From positions 4,576,001 to 4,640,000 of the forward strand of contig OY776510.1 of the NCBI GenBank assembly GCA_963675665.1: a stretch of 64,000 nucleotides of DNA, in the 5' to 3' direction. Of the stretch, positions 59,529 through 64,000 are shown piece after piece. The DNA comes from Spirochaetia bacterium. GTDB lineage: Bacteria; Spirochaetota; Spirochaetia; UBA9216. Both the position numbers and the translations under genes were made by a program. Positions within the stretch are counted from its first letter, which is position 1; each line of letters opens with the position of its first letter. Below the pieces are notes generated by a model. It saw nothing but the letters and a program-made list of their open reading frames with translations. It was not told the origin of the DNA and ran no database searches.

Positions 59529-60866
59529 TTAATCCCTCAATTCCATTGTAATGGGTACAGACGGCATTCCGAAATCAGCCCTGATCATTTTCAAAATATA
59601 GCGCTGGTATGATTCCGGGAAATTCTTTTTATTGTTAACAAACATAAGGAACTTTATCGGCGCCGCGCTGACCTGCGTCATGTATTTTATCTTGTAACGT
59701 CCTTTCTTTGACCGGGGAGGTTCGTTCTCTTCCGTCCAGTAGGCAAGGTGCTCATTCAGAGTCGAGGTTTCAACCCTCTTGCCCAGCTGATGTTTAACCT
59801 TAAGCACAGTGTCGAGTAAATCTTCGACCCCTTTACTGTTTAAAGCTGAAAGCGGAATAATCGGAGCAAAACCAAGAATAGGAAAAAGAAAACGTACCCT
59901 GTCGGAAACGGCTTCAAAAGCATTTGGGATTTTAGCCTGCAGATCCCATTTATTGAGCACTATAATAACACCCTTTCCTTTTCTGACAATCAGGCCGGCT
60001 ATTTTTTTATCCTGATCCGAAAGACCTTCAATAGAATCAATCATCAGCAGAACTACATCCGATTCATCTATACTTTTTATTGCCCGGTTTACAGAATAAT
60101 ATTCAACAGCCTCATTGACCTTTTTTTTCCGTCTGATTCCTGCGGTGTCAAGGACCCTGAATTCATGATCCTTGTACGTAAAGAACCCTTCGACAATATC
60201 CCGTGTGGTTCCGGGTATATCTGATACTATCGACGAGTTTTTTTTTGTCAGCAGGTTTGTCAGGGTAGATTTACCGGTATTGGGTTTTCCCAGAATTGCA
60301 ATATTAATCCAGGCAGGCGCCTCTTCTTCAGAGGGGACGCTTCCGATGTCCTTTACCCTCTCATAAACAGCCTCGATAAAATCGCCGTAACCGTAACCGT
60401 GAGTAGCTGAAATGGGATATATTTTATCAAAACCGAGAGAATAAAAATTCCAGATCTCATCTTCCTTTTCAGGTCCGTCAACCTTGTTCACCACAAGCAT
60501 GAGCTTGTCGGAATAGGGCCGCATCTCTTCAATAAAAATCTCATCCTCTGAAGTTATATTTTTAAGATCAAGAACCAGTACGACAAGATCAGCTTCAGCC
60601 ACAACCTCCAGACTTCTGGCAACAACCAGATTATCAAGAGCTTCCTGGTCCAGTTTATATCCGCCGGTATCAATAAATTTTATCTCTTTATCGTTAATAT
60701 CGGCAGTACCTTCAACAGGGTCCCTGGTAACCCCGGGAGTCGGATCCGTAATTGCCTTTCGTGATCTTATTATTCGGTTAAAAAGCGTCGATTTGCCCAC
60801 ATTGGGGCGTCCGGCTATCGCCACTATCGGCAATTTACTGTTGTTTAAGGTATTCAAACCGCTCAT
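59529..60866 (-). CDS. der: Ribosome biogenesis GTPase Der
   Basis: Tandem GTPase domains GRPNVGKS and GKPNTGKS, DTGG/DTAG, NKVD/NKWD. Confidence 0.97.
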   Translation of the reverse strand: MSGLNTLNNSKLPIVAIAGRPNVGKSTLFNRIIRSRKAITDPTPGVTRDPVEGTADINDKEIKFIDTGGYKLDQEALDNLVVARSLEVVAEADLVVLVLDLKNITSEDEIFIEEMRPYSDKLMLVVNKVDGPEKEDEIWNFYSLGFDKIYPISATHGYGYGDFIEAVYERVKDIGSVPSEEEAPAWINIAILGKPNTGKSTLTNLLTKKNSSIVSDIPGTTRDIVEGFFTYKDHEFRVLDTAGIRRKKKVNEAVEYYSVNRAIKSIDESDVVLLMIDSIEGLSDQDKKIAGLIVRKGKGVIIVLNKWDLQAKIPNAFEAVSDRVRFLFPILGFAPIIPLSALNSKGVEDLLDTVLKVKHQLGKRVETSTLNEHLAYWTEENEPPRSKKGRYKIKYMTQVSAAPIKFLMFVNNKKNFPESYQRYILKMIRADFGMPSVPITMELRD

Positions 60867-62580
60867 TCATCCATCCTCTGGTAAACTGGTCTATCTCTTT
60901 GTAGGATTTCATTTCAAAAATCATACCGACAAGCTCCTCGGCCTCTGTCATTGAAACAGACCTTATAATGTTCTTGATTTCCGGTATGCTGAACGAACTC
61001 ATACTGAAGACATCCAGTCCTAATCCGAGAAGAATGACGGCAGCATACGGGTCACCGGCCATTTCTCCGCACATTGCGACAGGAATACTTTGAGAATGCG
61101 CACCCTCAATAATCATTTTCAGAAGTCTTAATACTCCCGGATGAAACGGCTCATACAGGTATGCAATTTTTTCATTGCCTCTGTCAACCGCAATAGTGTA
61201 CTGTATCAGGTCATTCGTGCCGATAGAGAAAAACTTTACCTTTCTGGCCAGAATATCAGCCGTCAGGGCCGCTGACGGCACTTCAATCATTATTCCCAGA
61301 GGTATATTATGTTCGAATTCAACCCCTTCCTTGTCCAGTTCGATTCGGACCAGTTCGTAAAATTCCAGCACCTGCTCAAGTTCTTCAACCCCTGATATCA
61401 TGGGAAACATGATTCTCAGGTTCCCGTACACCGAAGCCCGAAGCAATGCCCTGAGCTGAGTTTCAAAAACGTCTTTCCTTGTCATACAGAAGCGGATTGA
61501 ACGCCATCCGAGAATGGGATTGGTTTCTTCAAAATACGCTGTTCCCGGCAGGATTTTGTCTCCGCCGAGATCTATTGTTCTTATGGTAACGGGCCTGTCT
61601 CCCATTGACATAAGGACCCGTTTGTATGCCTGATACTGCTCTTCCTCGGAAGCAAACTCTCCCGGCTGTATAAAAAAGAATTCGGACCTGTAAAGGCCTA
61701 TACCGTCAGCCCCGTGAGAAAGAGCTGAATCTGTTTCTTCCGGAATCTCAATATTGGCTTTCAGCAGGATCTTTCGGCCGTCCCTTGTCTCTGCAGCCAG
61801 CTGATTAAGGTTGAGAAGTTCTATCTCCTTTTTCTGCCATACGGTAAGCTTTTTCCGGTAAAATTCCAGAGTCTCTTCATCCGGCTGTACTATTACAGTG
61901 CCTCTTGAACCGTCTATAATTATCTGATCGCCGTTTTTGACCTCAGCGGTTATATTTCTCAACCCAAGAACAGCAGGTATCTCAAAAGCCCGGGCAAGTA
62001 TTGCCGTATGAGAAGTTTTTCCACCGGCATCCGTGGCAATCCCCTTGACCATTCTTTTATCCATGGTCAGAGTATCCGAAGGCAGCAGTTCATGCGCGAT
62101 AAGGATTACTTCTTCGGTTAAATCGGTAAGATCAACTCTTTTCTTGTAAAGCAGATTACCCAGTACTCTTCTGGCTACATCACGAATGTCAAAAATTCTT
62201 TCTTTTAAATACTCATCTGTTGCGCCCTTCAAAAGCTCCATATAGGCTTTAAAAGTTTCATAAAGCGCCCATTCAGCATTACAGAATTCTTTCGAAATTT
62301 TAATTTTAATCTGTTCAGACAATTCCGGATCTTCAAGCATCAGAATATGGGCATCAAGGAAACCGGCCTCATTCAGACTGTTTTCTACATGAAGGGAATT
62401 TCTCAGCTGAATAAGTTCTTCTTTTGTCTTTTTTACAGCAACTTCAAGTCTTGCCAGTTCTCCACTGACTTCTTCAGGTTTAAGCCTGTATTCCGGTACC
62501 CTCAGATATTCATCAAGATGAAAGAAAACTTTTCCGATTACAATACCCTGAGAGGCGGAAATTCCATGCAATTTTTTCAT
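60835..62580 (-). CDS. ptsI: PTS enzyme I
   Basis: GGKTSHTAILAR, GIGLYRSEF, MIEVPSAA, SIGTNDL, CGEMAG. Confidence 0.96.
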   Translation of the reverse strand: MKKLHGISASQGIVIGKVFFHLDEYLRVPEYRLKPEEVSGELARLEVAVKKTKEELIQLRNSLHVENSLNEAGFLDAHILMLEDPELSEQIKIKISKEFCNAEWALYETFKAYMELLKGATDEYLKERIFDIRDVARRVLGNLLYKKRVDLTDLTEEVILIAHELLPSDTLTMDKRMVKGIATDAGGKTSHTAILARAFEIPAVLGLRNITAEVKNGDQIIIDGSRGTVIVQPDEETLEFYRKKLTVWQKKEIELLNLNQLAAETRDGRKILLKANIEIPEETDSALSHGADGIGLYRSEFFFIQPGEFASEEEQYQAYKRVLMSMGDRPVTIRTIDLGGDKILPGTAYFEETNPILGWRSIRFCMTRKDVFETQLRALLRASVYGNLRIMFPMISGVEELEQVLEFYELVRIELDKEGVEFEHNIPLGIMIEVPSAALTADILARKVKFFSIGTNDLIQYTIAVDRGNEKIAYLYEPFHPGVLRLLKMIIEGAHSQSIPVAMCGEMAGDPYAAVILLGLGLDVFSMSSFSIPEIKNIIRSVSMTEAEELVGMIFEMKSYKEIDQFTRGWMNERFEYLKQQ

Positions 62581-62710
62581 TACGTTCTAACTATAAAGCA
62601 TTTAATACACGCCGTCAAATATTCAAATTAAATCTTTGATTCAATTAATCCGGGCTTTTCGGCGGAATATACCCGTCAAATAATAAAGTATTAATGATTG
62701 AATCTTGAAC

Positions 62711-62737
62711 TAAAAACACGTCTTAAATTGCCGATAA
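62711..62737 (+). promoter_or_regulatory. Sigma28 (FliA)-type promoter
   Basis: TAAA-N15-GCCGATAA exact consensus, 7 nt before ATG 62745. Confidence 0.7.
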
Positions 62738-62744
62738 GGTCAGT

Positions 62745-63536
62745 ATGGCGCGCTCAAAAAAAAATAAAACATCCATCGGTTGTCTTTTCTGGATAGCCTT
62801 AATTCTGCTTGTACTTGTTATTTTCCTCTTTAACAGGGAAACAATTCAGAAAGTACTCGATGAAACCGGCTTTCTTGAAGTTGTACGCAATAATGATGAA
62901 GAATCAGAACCTGAAGTAGAACAGATTATAATACCTGAAGAGACCGAAAGCGAGGAGGCACCTGCTGCTCCTGAAGGAACAGCCGTTGAAGGAAATGAAA
63001 CACCGGAATCAGAGCGGACGGACGAAACAGTAGTCGCGCTTGAAGTTGAACCGGAGAAGCCGGAAAGTGTAGAGACTCCGTCGGACGAACCTGAACAAAA
63101 TCGTAAAGTGCGGCGCTCAAAGATGTACTTTATCCAGATAAATGATGACGGAGAGATTGGTCTTAAAAGCATTGTAAGACCGGTATATTATATCGATTCG
63201 CCGCTGACGGAAACCATAAAAACCCTTCTTGACGGCCTTTCAAGTTCAGAACTTAATATGGGACTAATCAGTCTTATTCCGGAGCAGACAGAACTTTTAT
63301 CCATAAACCTTAAAAACGGAACAGCATATCTGAATTTTTCAGACAGCTTCAGATTCAATTCCTTCGGTGTAGAAGGCTATAATGCACAGCTGAAACAAAT
63401 CGTCTATACTGTAACTGAATTCGCCAATATTGAATCTGTTCAGATTCTGATTGAAGGCTCCATTATCGATTATATGGGTCCGGAAGGCGGATATATCGGC
63501 AAACCTATATCCAGGAACACGTTTACAGAGCAGTAA
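62745..63536 (+). CDS. Membrane-anchored GerMN-domain protein
   Basis: TM GCLFWIA, acidic linker, LIPEQT.LL, AYLNFS, QIVYTVTEF..VQILIEG. Confidence 0.88.
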   Translation: MARSKKNKTSIGCLFWIALILLVLVIFLFNRETIQKVLDETGFLEVVRNNDEESEPEVEQIIIPEETESEEAPAAPEGTAVEGNETPESERTDETVVALEVEPEKPESVETPSDEPEQNRKVRRSKMYFIQINDDGEIGLKSIVRPVYYIDSPLTETIKTLLDGLSSSELNMGLISLIPEQTELLSINLKNGTAYLNFSDSFRFNSFGVEGYNAQLKQIVYTVTEFANIESVQILIEGSIIDYMGPEGGYIGKPISRNTFTEQ

Positions 63537-63596
63537 CCTGATTGACAGAAGTAAAACCGCAATATCCTTACAATTGCGGCCGAACCTCCGTCAGTC

Positions 63597-63899
63597 TCAG
63601 GTATAATAATCTACAGCCTGCCGGGCCTCGGCAGCCGTTTTAATTATCTTCCCAACTTCCTGGTGCATCGGATGTATTTGATATGCATCAAGATCCGCCT
63701 GAGAATCAAACCCGGTATAAAGAAAGAGGTCCCAGGTTGAACCGGGCATATCAATACCGATACCGACTTCTATGTCTTTTAATTCCTCGATTATCCCTTC
63801 CAGCGCTTCAAGTCTTTCTTTAATAAGAATCGCGTTTTCAGCCTTGTTTCGGCCATCGGCATTATCCTTTAATTTCCACATAACTACATGTTTTAACAT
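63597..63899 (-). CDS. Dabb family (stress-responsive alpha/beta barrel) protein
   Basis: MLKHVVMWKLK, F.S..DL.AY..HP.H, VDY. Confidence 0.9.
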   Translation of the reverse strand: MLKHVVMWKLKDNADGRNKAENAILIKERLEALEGIIEELKDIEVGIGIDMPGSTWDLFLYTGFDSQADLDAYQIHPMHQEVGKIIKTAAEARQAVDYYT

Positions 63900-64000
63900 A
63901 AATTTCTCCCTAAAAATGATTCTATAACCCTGCTATTACCGGACTCTTCATTCTGATCACTCAGATGCAATTTAAACAGAAATTCTGTGTTTCCTTTCCC
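63893..64000 (-). CDS. 3' end of a probable TlyA-family methyltransferase (runs off window end)
   Basis: Manual translation GKGNTEFLF... resembles the TlyA C-terminal GN.EF motif; stop overlaps Dabb ATG; only 35 codons visible. Confidence 0.5.
   Translation of the reverse strand, partial: GKGNTEFLFKLHLSDQNEESGNSRVIESFLGRNLC

Noticed and set aside
8361-61360. Numerous antisense and shadow ORFs over clpA, rho, dnaK, the coiled-coil gene and others
   Set aside because: Fully overlap confident genes on the other strand or frame and show no protein motifs

Overview
Chromosomal window from what is most likely a free-living spirochaete (inferred from the SpiroCoCo-like coiled-coil protein, Hbb-type HU, GerMN protein and spirochaete-type hypothetical genes). 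Positions ~760-7260 are an AT-richer accessory block: an ankyrin protein, an outer-membrane barrel and a Kelch/Ig lipoprotein gene split by an intact IS66 (19-bp TIRs, 8-bp CATCATTT target duplication). The rest is mainly core genome: clpS-clpA-aat, a pyruvate/oxaloacetate carboxyltransferase, a soluble chemoreceptor, GTP-type PEPCK, galK-surE, rho-rpmE, rpsT-HU-lnt, M23-bactofilin-yaaR-ricT, tatD-dusB, purFMNDE, grpE-dnaK-dnaJ, a TPR/barrel/ExbBD/TonB operon and ptsI-der. The most notable unexplained signals are: (1) a family of multi-hairpin cassettes with conserved TCC(A/G) loops and compensatory stem changes, each lying directly before a Shine-Dalgarno (529-751 in tandem, 38381-38452, 41339-41427, possibly 36912-36947); (2) a 58-aa CxxC-CxxC gene missed by the ORF track (31641-31817, minus) whose 3' end is amplified into a 5 x 42-bp hairpin array; (3) a biotin-carrier domain lacking its biotinylated lysine; (4) many promoters placed to give leaderless mRNAs, including a consensus sigma28 promoter. 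No rRNA, tRNA or CRISPR array was seen. All calls come from reading the sequence; no database searches were run.
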